From: an uncultured Bacteroides sp.
GTDB taxonomy: Bacteria; Bacteroidota; Bacteroidia; Bacteroidales; Bacteroidaceae
Direction of reading: 5' to 3'
Assembly (NCBI GenBank): GCA_963675905.1
Contig: OY780936.1
Location: forward strand, 1,247,946-1,311,945
DNA length: 64,000 nucleotides
This document shows, piece after piece, positions 18,780-30,379 of the stretch. Under the pieces are notes generated by a model. The model was not told the DNA's origin and ran no database searches. It worked only from the letters and a program-made list of their open reading frames with translations. The first letter of the stretch is position 1. Every line of letters starts with the position of its first letter. Made by a program: the position numbers and the translations under genes.

Positions 18780-21080
18780 TTATTCGATGAATCGGGAATT
18801 AAACAATAACCACCCCAAACTTACACCCACATTCCAGTTCTTAGACGGTGAGCTATAATGATTTACATACGCACTAATTGCTCCAAAGGGCAATCGGCAA
18901 ACTAAAGAAATTTCTCCAAGATATTGAAAGTTTGAAAACGATTTCCCATATAATGCTTTATTTATTGAGCTTCTTTCAATAGGTTTTATAGGTAGGAAGC
19001 CATAAACTTCTCCTCGCAGATGAAACACCGAACTGATATTATATATTGGTTTTACTCCCAGAGCCAAATATTGATTAGCTCGGAAAACTTCATTATAAGA
19101 AATCTGACTGTGCGGTGTAGGTGTAAATTCTCCGGCTTCCAAAATCGTTGCCGTATAGTTTTCAGAGAAGTTCTTTGATGAATAAAGGGCTTCAATATAC
19201 GATCCTAATGTAAATTTTGGATTTATTTTATAATAAGTTTCATTTTTATACGAAATCTGCATCCAGGAATTATCGTTTTTATAATCGGTTGTTTCAGAAG
19301 TTGTGGTTCCGGGAGTATATGTTTCATTACCTGAAAAGACCTGGGCAAGAAGCAAATCCTTGCTTCCTTCTGTAGCAAACTGCTTTGCATTCAATGTGCT
19401 GCCTCCGAATCCAATTGAGCCTCCTACAAGCTTATAATTGCTTCTATCGTGCTTTGAAGACCCAAAATCAATAATATTCGTTTGAAAGTACTGGTCGTTT
19501 ATATGTGCGTAACCAAGACCAAATTCTGCTTTCTTTTTCGACAAGAACGGCACAGCTGCTTTTATTTTCACAAACCGCTCATCTTTTTTATTAAAAGCAG
19601 GATTATCATTGCCCGAAAACAATTTATCGTTCTTGTAATAATCGAAAGTTGATATAGAAGCTATTAGTCTATACGAAGTAGGAATCTGGGTAGGAAAATC
19701 AACTTTTGCCGTAAATTGAAAGTTATTATACACTTTGCCCAATTGGCCATCTAAAATAAATTCTTTAGAATAATAGTTTAAGTCCTTATACGAAAGTCCA
19801 AAATAAACCTGGTTGGAATTTGTAGAAGAAATATTTCCTCCCATCCGGATAGAAAAGTTATCTTCCATTTTCACCTTCAGATTCAAATTATAAGTATCAT
19901 CAATCGGATTGAAAATGGCATGAGGAATAATTTCAGAAATAGTATTGTCCGACAATAAACGAAAATATCCTCGCTTTAAATCTTCATAAGTAAATACTTT
20001 ATTGTCGGAATAATGAAATTCTTTCTTTATATAACTCTTTTGCAAAGCATTAGCCCCTTGAATTTCAATATTCTTAAATATCAATTCCGGAAGATTACTC
20101 TTGAATACCAATCTGCGCAAACGGATATTATCAGCATTCACTCGTCTATGAATACGACTTTTGATAGAATCCATAATACTTATTGTCCGACTATAACCAA
20201 TATCCTGAATTTCCTTAATTCTATCAAAATCCAGCAGTCCAACATTATCATACTTAAATTTCATAACAATACCAACCGAGTCAGGAAGAGAATAATCAGT
20301 CTTTTGCATAACCATATTATCAATCTGGCTCATAAGATCGTTTTCATCGGGTTTAGTGGGATTGGAAGCAACAACGCTGCCTATTATAATATCCGGCTGA
20401 AAATCATCACGCATCACATCAGTAGGAAAGTTATTATAAATACCTCCATCATAAGCTAATACACCATCTATTTGAATAGGTTTAAATACAAAAGGAAAAC
20501 TCATTGATGCACGAACAGCATCACCTAAATCTCCTTTTTTCATTACTAATTGCTTTTTATTATATACATCGGAGGCAACGCAGCGAAAAGGAATAAAAAG
20601 ATTATCAAAGTTTCCTCCACAAAGGGCTGTAGCACGAGCAAACAAATCTACAAAAACAAGATTCATTTGAATAGGATTCACCATGCTGGATGGCAGAAAC
20701 TGAGGTTTAACCACGCTTAAAGAGTCCTTCAAAGACAATTTAATATTAAAAAATTCTGGAGTAGGTGCATTTTTTTTAAAATAATACACATAATCCTCTT
20801 CAACAGCACCCGTATACCATCTTTCAAAATCTTCCGAAGAAATTAACCGTTCCATATCATCCGGAGAATATCCCATAGAGTAAAGCGCCCCGATTATAGC
20901 TCCCATAGAGGTACCTGTTATATAATCTATCGGAATATTATTTTCTTCCAACGCCCGGATAATACCTATATGCGTTAATCCCTTTGCTCCACCGCCACTA
21001 AGCACCAATCCAACTTTCTGTGCATTTGAATATGGAACAATTAAAACTGCTAATATTAAGATTATTAGAATTTTTCTCAT
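18780..21080 (-). CDS. Patatin-like phospholipase with C-terminal outer-membrane region (PlpD-like)
   Basis: Signal peptide; LSGGGAKG oxyanion motif, GTSMG nucleophile elbow, DGG; C-terminal half has alternating aromatic beta-strand pattern. Confidence 0.88.
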   Translation of the reverse strand: MRKILIILILAVLIVPYSNAQKVGLVLSGGGAKGLTHIGIIRALEENNIPIDYITGTSMGAIIGALYSMGYSPDDMERLISSEDFERWYTGAVEEDYVYYFKKNAPTPEFFNIKLSLKDSLSVVKPQFLPSSMVNPIQMNLVFVDLFARATALCGGNFDNLFIPFRCVASDVYNKKQLVMKKGDLGDAVRASMSFPFVFKPIQIDGVLAYDGGIYNNFPTDVMRDDFQPDIIIGSVVASNPTKPDENDLMSQIDNMVMQKTDYSLPDSVGIVMKFKYDNVGLLDFDRIKEIQDIGYSRTISIMDSIKSRIHRRVNADNIRLRRLVFKSNLPELIFKNIEIQGANALQKSYIKKEFHYSDNKVFTYEDLKRGYFRLLSDNTISEIIPHAIFNPIDDTYNLNLKVKMEDNFSIRMGGNISSTNSNQVYFGLSYKDLNYYSKEFILDGQLGKVYNNFQFTAKVDFPTQIPTSYRLIASISTFDYYKNDKLFSGNDNPAFNKKDERFVKIKAAVPFLSKKKAEFGLGYAHINDQYFQTNIIDFGSSKHDRSNYKLVGGSIGFGGSTLNAKQFATEGSKDLLLAQVFSGNETYTPGTTTSETTDYKNDNSWMQISYKNETYYKINPKFTLGSYIEALYSSKNFSENYTATILEAGEFTPTPHSQISYNEVFRANQYLALGVKPIYNISSVFHLRGEVYGFLPIKPIERSSINKALYGKSFSNFQYLGEISLVCRLPFGAISAYVNHYSSPSKNWNVGVSLGWLLFNSRFIE

Positions 21081-21178
21081 ATTTATTGAATGAAGTATCC
21101 TGTATCAAGTAATAAAACCTCAAATATAAAGAATTGTTTGCATATTATTTGTTTGCTTACCGCTCTTTTTATAAGCAA

Positions 21179-21215
21179 AAAGAGCATTACAGCTTTTTTT
21201 GCTGTAATGCTCTTT
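21179..21215. terminator. Terminator after htpG
   Basis: Perfect 15-bp stem AAAGAGCATTACAGC / GCTGTAATGCTCTTT. Confidence 0.75.
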
Positions 21216-21247
21216 AAATATTTAATCCTCAAAGAGGTTATATTAAA

Positions 21248-23293
21248 TTAAATCAATTCAATACTTCTTTTTACAAAATTGTTTAAGGCTTCACCCTTTA
21301 GCATATTATTCTGAAGAAGAGCTAAGTCGATTAATTGGCGAATAATCTTATTTTTTCCTGCATAATCGCTTAATAATGAATCCTTTTTAGCTTTCAAATC
21401 GGCTGTTTTTTTATCAATATCAGCTAATTCATCTTTTTCTGCTACAGAGATTTCTTCATCTTTTTTGCCTTCGTGCTGTTTCTTTAACTCAGCGTAACGA
21501 GCGTTTAATGCATCTATTTCACTCTGAACAGGTTGAATAGCAACAGAACATTCTTTATCTTCTTCATCCATAACCTGTTTTACGAGTTTATGATCAGGAT
21601 TTACAACCAAATTAAACATATCAGGCATTTCACCGTAGAAACTCATACCTGGTTGCAGATTTGCCATCTCTTTCATACGGCGCATATACTCACTTTGAGT
21701 AACCATAATAGGAGAGCCATTTTCACCCAAAGATTGAGACTCGATATTAAATTCTACCTTTTCCATTGATGGAAGCTGGCTCTTGAATAAAGTTGAAAGA
21801 ATTTCGTGTTTACCTTCTTCTAATGCTGATTCTTTCTTATCTTCTTTAACTATCAGGTGATCAGCAATATCACTATCTACACGAGTAAAGCGGCTTTTCT
21901 CGAACTTCTGCTCAAACATATTTATCACAGCTGTATCTAATTGCCCATCCAGTAGTAATACATTGTATCCTTTGTTTATAGCAGCTTCGATATAACTAAA
22001 TTGCTCATCTTTATTGTTTGCATACAAATAAACAAGATTGCCATCTTTGTCAGTTTGATTATCTTTAATCAACGTTTTATACTCTTCGAAGGTATAAAAT
22101 TTAGAATCAGCATCCTTCAACAATGCAAATTTGGCAGCTTTGTCATAGAAATCTTCCTGAGTAAGCATTCCATAATTAATAAAGAGTTTCAAATCATCCC
22201 ATTTTTCTTCGAACTCTTTGCGATCATTTTTGAAGATAGATTGCAGACGATCAGATACTTTCTTAGTAATGTGAGAAGAGATCTTTTTGACATTTGAATC
22301 GCTCTGTAAGTAAGAACGAGATACATTCAACGGAATATCTGGAGAATCGATAACACCATGAAGCAATGTCAGAAAGTCAGGTACAATTCCTTCTACAGAA
22401 TCGGTTACATAAACCTGATTGCAATACAGCTGAATTTTATTTTTATTCAGATCTAAATTGCTCTTAATTTTAGGGAAATAAAGCACACCAGTGAGATGGA
22501 ACGGATAATCCACATTCAAATGAATCCAGAACAGAGGTTCATCAGACATTGGATAAAGATCTCTATAGAACTTTTTGTAATCCTCTTCTTTTAAATCAGC
22601 TGGTTTACGTGTCCACAACGGATTGGAATCATTAATAACATTATCTTCATCTGTTTCAACCTGTTTGCCGTCTTTCCATTCTTTCTTCTTTCCGAAAGCA
22701 ACAGGAATAGGCAAGAAACTACAATATTTCTTCAATAGAGAAGACACGCGAGCTTCTTCGAGGAATTCTTTGCAATCATCGTCAATATAAAGCACGATAT
22801 CAGTTCCGCGATCTTCTTTTTCTACTTCTTCTAAAGTAAACTCTGGGCTTCCGTCACAACTCCATTTTACAGCTTTAGTACCTTCTCTGAAAGACTTTGT
22901 GATAATTTCCACTTTCTTGGAAACCATAAAAGAAGAATAAAAACCAAGGCCAAAGTGTCCGATAATGGCATTCGCATCATTCTTATATTTTTCCAAGAAA
23001 TCATTAGCACCAGAAAAAGCTATCTGATTTATATATTTTTCTATTTCTTCGGCTGTAAGTCCGATACCACGATCAGAAATAGTAATTGTATCTTTTCCTA
23101 ATGATACTTTAACTGTTAGATCTCCCAGTTCGCCTTTAAATTCTCCGACAGAGGCAAAGGTTTTAAGTTTTTGTGTGGCATCTACAGCATTAGAAACGAT
23201 TTCACGAAGAAATATCTCGTGATCGCTATATAAGAACTTCTTAATGACGGGGAAAATATTCTCGGTAGTAACCCCAATGTTTCCTTTTTGCAT
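21248..23293 (-). CDS. htpG: Molecular chaperone HtpG (Hsp90)
   Basis: Motifs IFLREIVSNAVDA, DRGIG, IIGHFGLGFYSSF, RGT, IPLNVSRSYLQ. Confidence 0.97.
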   Translation of the reverse strand: MQKGNIGVTTENIFPVIKKFLYSDHEIFLREIVSNAVDATQKLKTFASVGEFKGELGDLTVKVSLGKDTITISDRGIGLTAEEIEKYINQIAFSGANDFLEKYKNDANAIIGHFGLGFYSSFMVSKKVEIITKSFREGTKAVKWSCDGSPEFTLEEVEKEDRGTDIVLYIDDDCKEFLEEARVSSLLKKYCSFLPIPVAFGKKKEWKDGKQVETDEDNVINDSNPLWTRKPADLKEEDYKKFYRDLYPMSDEPLFWIHLNVDYPFHLTGVLYFPKIKSNLDLNKNKIQLYCNQVYVTDSVEGIVPDFLTLLHGVIDSPDIPLNVSRSYLQSDSNVKKISSHITKKVSDRLQSIFKNDRKEFEEKWDDLKLFINYGMLTQEDFYDKAAKFALLKDADSKFYTFEEYKTLIKDNQTDKDGNLVYLYANNKDEQFSYIEAAINKGYNVLLLDGQLDTAVINMFEQKFEKSRFTRVDSDIADHLIVKEDKKESALEEGKHEILSTLFKSQLPSMEKVEFNIESQSLGENGSPIMVTQSEYMRRMKEMANLQPGMSFYGEMPDMFNLVVNPDHKLVKQVMDEEDKECSVAIQPVQSEIDALNARYAELKKQHEGKKDEEISVAEKDELADIDKKTADLKAKKDSLLSDYAGKNKIIRQLIDLALLQNNMLKGEALNNFVKRSIELI

Positions 23294-23350
23294 AATCTCA
23301 AATATATTTTAAGTTGTTATTTAAAAATTTATTTCTTTTCATTAATAGGA

Positions 23351-23392
23351 CAAAAAAAATGCCAGATTAAGTATAATCTGACATTTTGACTG
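23351..23392 (-). terminator. Hairpin plus U-tract ending clpC, overlapping a candidate htpG upstream element
   Basis: Minus strand reads CAGTCAAAATGTCAGATTA-TACT-TAATCTGGCAT followed by a T run and G. Confidence 0.6.
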
Positions 23393-23414
23393 TTTTTTAT
23401 TTTTTGAATATTAT

Positions 23415-25946
23415 TTATTTCTCGGTTGACTTAATTACTGTCATGCTTAAATCAGTATTTCCTTCGGTGAAATCAACAGAAATTGTATCTCCGTCCTTTA
23501 TACCTGAAGTAATAATAATTTCGGATAGTCCATCTTCCAGATAGTTTTGTATTGCACGCTTCAAAGGACGAGCTCCAAATTGAACATCGTAACCTTTATT
23601 TGCAAGGAATGTTTTAGCACTATCGGTGATAACTAACTTATATCCAATATTTTCTATACGATTATAAAGTCCAGACAATTCTATATCTACAATATTCTTA
23701 ATAGCATCTAAAGAGAGCTGATCGAAAGTAATAATCTCATCAACACGGTTAATAAATTCCGGAGCAAAGGACTTATTCAATGCCTTTTTTATTACATCAC
23801 GAGCGAATTCTTTATCATCCATTCGGCTTTGAGTAGCAAAACCAACACCATGACCAAACTCTTTTAACTGACGTGTGCCAATATTTGATGTCATAATCAA
23901 CACAGTATTTTTAAAATCGACTGTTTTGCCATAACTGTCAGTAAGTCGGCCTTCATCCATAATTTGTAGTAACAAATTAAATACATCAGGATGTGCTTTT
24001 TCTATTTCATCCAGAAGAATGATGGAATAAGGTTTTCTTCTAACTTTCTCAGTCAGCTGGCCGCCTTCCTCATATCCAACATATCCCGGAGGAGCTCCAA
24101 CAAGACGAGAAACCGTGAATTTTTCCATATATTCACTCATATCAATTCTTATCAGGGCGTCTGAAGAACCGAACATATATTTTGCTAATTCTTTAGCCAA
24201 TAGAGTTTTACCAACACCAGTTGGCCCTAAGAACATAAATGTACCAATTGGTTTGTTAGGATCTTTAAGTCCCACACGGCTTCTGCGAATAGCCTTAACA
24301 AGTTTATCTACAGCAGAATCCTGAGCAACCACTTTAGTAAGAAGATCGTCCTTCATTTTAGCTAATTTCATGCCTTCAGCCTGCGCCATACGTTGAACAG
24401 GTATGCCTGAAATCATTGAAACGACTTCTGCAATTTCCTCTTCATCAACGGTTTGCCTGTTTTGCTTAATATTAGCTTCCCAATCGCGCTTTAAATCTTC
24501 CAACTGATTGGTATATTCTTTTTCTTTATCTCTGAAACTAGCTGCTAGTTCATAATTCTGTAGCTTAACAGCTTCATTCTTTTTACTTTTAGTCTCATCA
24601 ATCAGCTTTTCCTGATCTTCAATCTCCTTTGGAACATTAATGTTAGCAAGGTGTACACGAGAACCCGCTTCATCAAGTGCATCAATAGCTTTATCCGGGA
24701 AATTCCTATCAGTAACATAGCGTTCTGTCAGTTTTACACAAGCCAGCAAAGCTTCGTCCGTATATGTTACATTATGGTGGTCTTCATATTTTTCTTTAAT
24801 ATTTTGAAGAATCTGAAGGGTCTCAGCAGGAGTGGTAGGTTCTACCATAACTTTCTGAAAACGACGCTCTAACGCACCATCTTTCTCGATATTTTTTCTG
24901 TATTCATCGGTTGTTGTAGCTCCGATACATTGTATCTCACCGCGAGCCAAAGCAGGCTTAAGCATATTTGCCGCATCCATCGATCCTGTAGCAGAGCCCG
25001 CACCAACAATAGTATGAATCTCGTCGATGAAAAGGATTATATTAGGATTCTTCTGTAACTCATTGAGAATGGAGCGAATACGCTCTTCAAACTGTCCACG
25101 GTATTTGGTTCCGGCCACAACAGAAGTCATGTCTAGCGAAATAACTCGTTTATCAAACAATATACGAGAAACCTTTTTTTGCGTAATTCTTAACGCCAAA
25201 CCTTCTACAATAGCCGATTTTCCAACGCCAGGTTCGCCTATAAGTATAGGATTATTTTTCTTCCTGCGACTAAGAATCTGTGCTACACGTTCTATTTCCT
25301 TTTCACGCCCAACAATAGGATCCAGTTTTCCTTCCTCGGCAGCACGTGTCATATCTGTCCCAAAATTATCAAGAACAGGAGTATCGTTTGCTGTTTTACG
25401 TGGAGGAGCCTGAGTTTGCTGTTTCTTAGAAGAATTATCTTCCGAGCCTTGTTGCATATCATCTTCCTCATCCTCATCATCTTCGCTAAAACCTAGTCCG
25501 GAATTAATATCGGGCTGAAGTGAAAGTTGTTCATATACATTCTTATATTGAACATTATTTTCACCAAGAACTTCGGCTACTATATTATTATTTTCCTTCA
25601 AAATAGCTAAAAGCATATGCTCTGTATCTGCTACCGGGCTTTTTAGAAGCCTGGCTTCTAAAATACACAATTTCAAAATCTTAGAAGCTTCAGCAGTTAA
25701 TACTATATCATCAATCATAACCCCCTTAGGCTCAGCCATCTCACGAAGCTTGTTTTCAATTTTAGCCTTAATCTCCGAAAAGTTTATATTGAATTTTGAT
25801 AATATGTCAATAGCTTTCCCTTCACCATTACGAAGCAGTCCCAAAAACAAATGTTCGGGACCAATAAAGCCACTATTCAGTCTGTTAGCTTCTTCCTTAC
25901 TATAAATAATGACTTCTGATACTTTCTGTGAGAATTGATTATCCAT
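23415..25946 (-). CDS. clpC: ATP-dependent Clp protease ATPase subunit ClpC
   Basis: Start moved to 25946 (MDNQFSQ). Two Clp-N repeats, Walker A GEPGVGKS and [11 protein letters not shown] domain, [17 protein letters not shown] on the minus strand at 25982-25989. Confidence 0.95.
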   Translation of the reverse strand: MDNQFSQKVSEVIIYSKEEANRLNSGFIGPEHLFLGLLRNGEGKAIDILSKFNINFSEIKAKIENKLREMAEPKGVMIDDIVLTAEASKILKLCILEARLLKSPVADTEHMLLAILKENNNIVAEVLGENNVQYKNVYEQLSLQPDINSGLGFSEDDEDEEDDMQQGSEDNSSKKQQTQAPPRKTANDTPVLDNFGTDMTRAAEEGKLDPIVGREKEIERVAQILSRRKKNNPILIGEPGVGKSAIVEGLALRITQKKVSRILFDKRVISLDMTSVVAGTKYRGQFEERIRSILNELQKNPNIILFIDEIHTIVGAGSATGSMDAANMLKPALARGEIQCIGATTTDEYRKNIEKDGALERRFQKVMVEPTTPAETLQILQNIKEKYEDHHNVTYTDEALLACVKLTERYVTDRNFPDKAIDALDEAGSRVHLANINVPKEIEDQEKLIDETKSKKNEAVKLQNYELAASFRDKEKEYTNQLEDLKRDWEANIKQNRQTVDEEEIAEVVSMISGIPVQRMAQAEGMKLAKMKDDLLTKVVAQDSAVDKLVKAIRRSRVGLKDPNKPIGTFMFLGPTGVGKTLLAKELAKYMFGSSDALIRIDMSEYMEKFTVSRLVGAPPGYVGYEEGGQLTEKVRRKPYSIILLDEIEKAHPDVFNLLLQIMDEGRLTDSYGKTVDFKNTVLIMTSNIGTRQLKEFGHGVGFATQSRMDDKEFARDVIKKALNKSFAPEFINRVDEIITFDQLSLDAIKNIVDIELSGLYNRIENIGYKLVITDSAKTFLANKGYDVQFGARPLKRAIQNYLEDGLSEIIITSGIKDGDTISVDFTEGNTDLSMTVIKSTEK

Positions 25947-26402
25947 ATATTTATTTCTCCTTATTCTAATATTATACAATGCAAAGATACGCATTTACAA
26001 ATTAAACATATCTTTTTGTTCTCTTAATATTGTAATAACAAAAGTTATGCCATTATATCTTTAATAACGAAAAAAAATCATTTTAGTTGCAACCTTAAAC
26101 AACTTATTGGTAACAAGTAAAACAATAATTAGTATCTATTTCTTCAAAAGACCTACACCTTTATAAAATAAAGTCTAGTCATAAATTAAATAAGCTGTAC
26201 ACCAATTTAAGAATTAATGTAATCCTTAAAAAAAAGAGAATATCAAAAGTAATAAAACCCATCACCATTAATGTTGCTATACTATAAGAACGTTAAATTA
26301 ACATAGAAAGTTTTTACCTGAAAGCTTTTATATCTCGGGGAAAAGCATTACTTTAGCGTGGTTTTTTGTAAGCCATAAATGTATAATTAATAATATTTTT
26401 AA

Positions 26403-28937
26403 ATGCTTGAACAAGACAGAATTATAAAAATCAACATCGAAGATGAGATGAAATCATCCTATATTGATTATTCAATGTCGGTAATTGTATCTCGTGCTCT
26501 TCCAGATGTTAGAGATGGTTTTAAACCCGTTCACCGAAGAATCCTCTTTGGAATGAACGAATTAGGTAATACTTCTGATAAACCTTATAAGAAATCAGCC
26601 AGAATTGTCGGTGAAGTTTTGGGTAAATATCACCCACATGGTGACTCCTCGGTTTATGGTGCAATGGTAAGATTAGCTCAGGAATGGGCAATGCGCTACA
26701 CATTGATCGATGGACAAGGAAACTTTGGTTCTGTGGATGGTGATAGCCCTGCTGCTATGCGTTATACAGAAGCTCGTCTAAATAAAGTTGGCGAGGAAAT
26801 GTTGAGGGATATCGAAAAAGAAACAGTAGATTTTCAAAACAACTTTGACGATACATTACAAGAGCCAAAAGTATTGCCAACACGCATACCAAACCTTTTA
26901 GTAAACGGTGCTTCCGGTATTGCTGTAGGTATGGCAACTAATATGCCACCTCATAATCTTTCTGAAGTTATTGATGCATGTGATGCATATCTGGATAACA
27001 AAGAAATTACAATAGAAGAGCTGATGCAATTTGTTAAAGCTCCTGATTTCCCTACCGGCGGTTATATTTATGGTATGAGCGGTGTTCGCGAAGCTTTCCT
27101 CACAGGTAGAGGTAGAGTTGTAATGCGTGCTAAAGCAAACATTGAAGCAGAAACTACTCACGATAAAATTATTGTTTCAGAAATTCCATACAACGTTAAC
27201 AAGGCTGACCTTATTAAGTCAATAGCCGACTTGGTTTCTGAAAAGAGAATCGAAGGTATTTCTAACATAAATGACGAATCCGACCGCGAAGGTATGCGTA
27301 TCGTTATCGATATTAAGAGAGATGCTAATTCAAGTGTTGTTCTGAATAAATTATTCAAGATGACATCTTTACAGTCATCTTTTAGCGTTAACAACATTGC
27401 TTTGGTAAATGGTCGTCCTAAGATGCTCAATTTAAAAGACTTAGTCTCTTATTTTGTTGAGCATAGACATGATGTAGTAGTTCGTCGCACACAATATGAA
27501 CTAAGAAAAGCTAAAGAGCGTGCTCATATTTTAGAAGGTTTAATAATTGCATCCGATAATATTGACGAAGTAATCAAGATTATCCGTGCTGCTAAAAACC
27601 CTAATGAAGCTATAGCAGGACTTATTGAGCGTTTTAATCTTACAGAAATACAGTCTCGAGCTATCGTAGAAATGCGTCTGCGCCAGTTAACTGGACTAAT
27701 GCAAGATCAGCTTCATGCAGAATATGAAGAACTGATGAAGCAAATTGCTTATTTCGAAGAAATCCTTGCAAATGACGAAGTTTGTCGTAAAGTTATCAAG
27801 GATGAACTTCTTGAGGTTAAAGCTAAATTCGGTGATAAACGTCGTTCTGAAATAGTTTATTCGTCAGAAGAATTCAACCCAGAAGACTTCTATGCTGATG
27901 ATCAAATGGTTATCACCATTTCACACTTAGGATACATTAAGCGTACACCATTAGCAGAATTCCATTCTCAGAATAGAGGAGGAGTGGGATCAAAAGGAAC
28001 AGAAACCCGTGATGCAGATTTCGTTGAGAACATCTATCCTGCAACAATGCATAATACAATGATGTTCTTTACTCAGAAAGGTCAATGTTACTGGCTAAAG
28101 GTTTATGAAATTCCTGAAGGAACCAAGAATTCAAAAGGTAGAGCAATTCAAAACCTATTGAATATCGATTCAGACGATAAAGTAAATGCATTTGTTCGCG
28201 TACCGAGCCTTACTGATCAAGACTTTATCAATAGTCATTACCTTCTGTTCTGTACAAAACAAGGTGTTATTAAGAAAACAAGCCTGGAACAATATTCTCG
28301 TCCACGTCAAAATGGTGTAATTGCAATCAATCTTCGTGAAGATGATCAAGTAATTGAGGTTCGTATGACTAAAGGCGATAATGAAATAATTATTGCTAAC
28401 CGTAACGGACGCGCTATTCGTTTCAACGAAGTAGCTGTTCGCGAAATGGGTAGAACTGCAACCGGAGTTCGTGGTATGACACTTGACACTGATAATGACG
28501 AAGTAATCGGAATGATCTGTATCAAGGATAAAGAAACAGAATCTGTAATGGTTGTTTCTGAACAAGGTTATGGAAAACGTTCTGACATAGACGATTATCG
28601 CATCACTAATAGAGGTGGTAAGGGTGTTAAGACTTTGAATATAACAGAAAAAACAGGAAAATTAGTTGCTATAAAATCTGTAACAGATGAAAACGATTTG
28701 ATGATTATCAATAAATCAGGTATCACTATTCGTCTAAAAGTTGCAGATGTTCGAATTATGGGACGTGCTACACAAGGTGTAAGACTAATTAATCTGGAGA
28801 AGCGTAATGATGAAATAGGTTCAGTTTGTAAGGTTGTGTCTGAAAGTCCAGAAGAAGCAGATCCAACTGAAGAAGATGAAACTATTATTAATTCAGAAAA
28901 TATTAGTTCAGAAGAACAAACTAATGATGAAGAATAA
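26403..28937 (+). CDS. gyrA: DNA gyrase subunit A
   Basis: Motifs [24 protein letters not shown], GyrA-box QNRGGVG, C-terminal pinwheel repeats, acidic tail. Confidence 0.98.
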   Translation: MLEQDRIIKINIEDEMKSSYIDYSMSVIVSRALPDVRDGFKPVHRRILFGMNELGNTSDKPYKKSARIVGEVLGKYHPHGDSSVYGAMVRLAQEWAMRYTLIDGQGNFGSVDGDSPAAMRYTEARLNKVGEEMLRDIEKETVDFQNNFDDTLQEPKVLPTRIPNLLVNGASGIAVGMATNMPPHNLSEVIDACDAYLDNKEITIEELMQFVKAPDFPTGGYIYGMSGVREAFLTGRGRVVMRAKANIEAETTHDKIIVSEIPYNVNKADLIKSIADLVSEKRIEGISNINDESDREGMRIVIDIKRDANSSVVLNKLFKMTSLQSSFSVNNIALVNGRPKMLNLKDLVSYFVEHRHDVVVRRTQYELRKAKERAHILEGLIIASDNIDEVIKIIRAAKNPNEAIAGLIERFNLTEIQSRAIVEMRLRQLTGLMQDQLHAEYEELMKQIAYFEEILANDEVCRKVIKDELLEVKAKFGDKRRSEIVYSSEEFNPEDFYADDQMVITISHLGYIKRTPLAEFHSQNRGGVGSKGTETRDADFVENIYPATMHNTMMFFTQKGQCYWLKVYEIPEGTKNSKGRAIQNLLNIDSDDKVNAFVRVPSLTDQDFINSHYLLFCTKQGVIKKTSLEQYSRPRQNGVIAINLREDDQVIEVRMTKGDNEIIIANRNGRAIRFNEVAVREMGRTATGVRGMTLDTDNDEVIGMICIKDKETESVMVVSEQGYGKRSDIDDYRITNRGGKGVKTLNITEKTGKLVAIKSVTDENDLMIINKSGITIRLKVADVRIMGRATQGVRLINLEKRNDEIGSVCKVVSESPEEADPTEEDETIINSENISSEEQTNDEE

Positions 28938-28964
28938 AAGTTTAATATTTAATCCACAAAAAGT

Positions 28965-30194
28965 ATGAAAAGAGTATTATTATCAATTGTCCTGCTGTTA
29001 GCTGTTGGATTCTCTTTCGCCCAAGAGAAGAATGTTAAAGAGGCAAAAAGCTTGGCAGATGCAGTAAAACCAAATTTTGCTGAAGCAGAAAAGCTAATAG
29101 GTGAAGCTTTAGAAAGTCCAGAAACTAAGAACCAGGCAAATACATGGAATGTTGCTGGTCTTATTCAAAAAAGCATTAATGCTAACGAGATGAAGAATGC
29201 ATATTTAAAACAACCATATGACACTTTAAAGGCATACAATAGCCTATATAAAATGTTTGGTTATTTTCTTAAATGTGATGAATTAGAACAAGTTCCAAAC
29301 GAAAAAGGAAAAGTTAAGTTTAAATTCAGAAAAGGTAATACTTCAACAATTAAAACAGAGAGAGTGAACTTAATTAACGGAGGTAGCCAATATTACAACA
29401 TGGGTAAAAACAAGGAAGCTCTTAACTTCTTTGGCCTGTATGTAGATCTTGCAAATGCTCCAATGTTACAAGAGGAACAACTTGCTGCTAAAGATACATT
29501 ACTATCAACCATTGCATTCTATGCTTCTCTGTCTGCTACAAGAATGAATGACTATTCAAACACTATCAAATATGGTCTTCTAGCTAAAAAAGACAAAGAA
29601 AATGGTAGCAGTGCAATGCAATTAGTTGCAGAAGGTTACAAAGCGTTAAAAGACACTGCAAATTGGGTTAATACTTTAAAAGAAGGTATTCAATCTTACA
29701 CTGATAATAATTATTTCTTTGGACACCTTATAGATTTCTATAGTAATACAAATAAATTTGATGATGCAAATACCTTCGCTGATCAGATGATTGCTAAAGA
29801 TCCTAAAAATCCATTTTTCCTTTATGTAAAAGGTTATATTAGCCAGAGCATGAAGAACTATGAAAAAGCAATTGAATACTATAAAAAGACAATCGAAGTT
29901 GATCCTAAGTACACAGAAGCATACTCTAACATGGGACTAGCATATCTATCTCAAGCAATTGACTATGAATCAAATCTTAAAATTGAATTTAATGATCCTA
30001 AGTATAAATCAGAACAAGCTAAGATCAAGAAATTCTATGAAGATGCTAAGCCATACTATGAAAAAACTAGAGAACTTAAACCTGATAGCAAAGACTTATG
30101 GTTAAGTGGACTTTATACTATTTACTACAAGTTAGGAATTGGTGGTCCAGAATTTGAAGCTCTAGCTAAAGAAGTTGAAGCTCAAGGTAAGTAA
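28965..30194 (+). CDS. Exported tetratricopeptide repeat protein
   Basis: Signal peptide MKRVLLSIVLLLAVGFSFA; TPR-like helices (KNYEKAIEYYKKTIEVDPKYTEAYSNMG). Confidence 0.85.
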   Translation: MKRVLLSIVLLLAVGFSFAQEKNVKEAKSLADAVKPNFAEAEKLIGEALESPETKNQANTWNVAGLIQKSINANEMKNAYLKQPYDTLKAYNSLYKMFGYFLKCDELEQVPNEKGKVKFKFRKGNTSTIKTERVNLINGGSQYYNMGKNKEALNFFGLYVDLANAPMLQEEQLAAKDTLLSTIAFYASLSATRMNDYSNTIKYGLLAKKDKENGSSAMQLVAEGYKALKDTANWVNTLKEGIQSYTDNNYFFGHLIDFYSNTNKFDDANTFADQMIAKDPKNPFFLYVKGYISQSMKNYEKAIEYYKKTIEVDPKYTEAYSNMGLAYLSQAIDYESNLKIEFNDPKYKSEQAKIKKFYEDAKPYYEKTRELKPDSKDLWLSGLYTIYYKLGIGGPEFEALAKEVEAQGK

Positions 30195-30211
30195 GAAACA
30201 TATTTCCTAAT

Positions 30212-30252
30212 AAAAAAATCACTTAAGAAAAATATTCTTAAGTGATTTTTTT
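30212..30252. terminator. Bidirectional terminator between the TPR and USP genes
   Basis: AAAAAAATCACTTAAGA / TCTTAAGTGATTTTTTT. Confidence 0.85.
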
Positions 30253-30379
30253 TATCTCATATTTTTATTACCGACTATTTATCGAATAATCTTGAATCTG
30301 GATGAGGTAGAGGTGTAAATTAATAAAACAAATAAATCGTATTAAACATAATATTAATTATTGAACTAATTAGATTATG

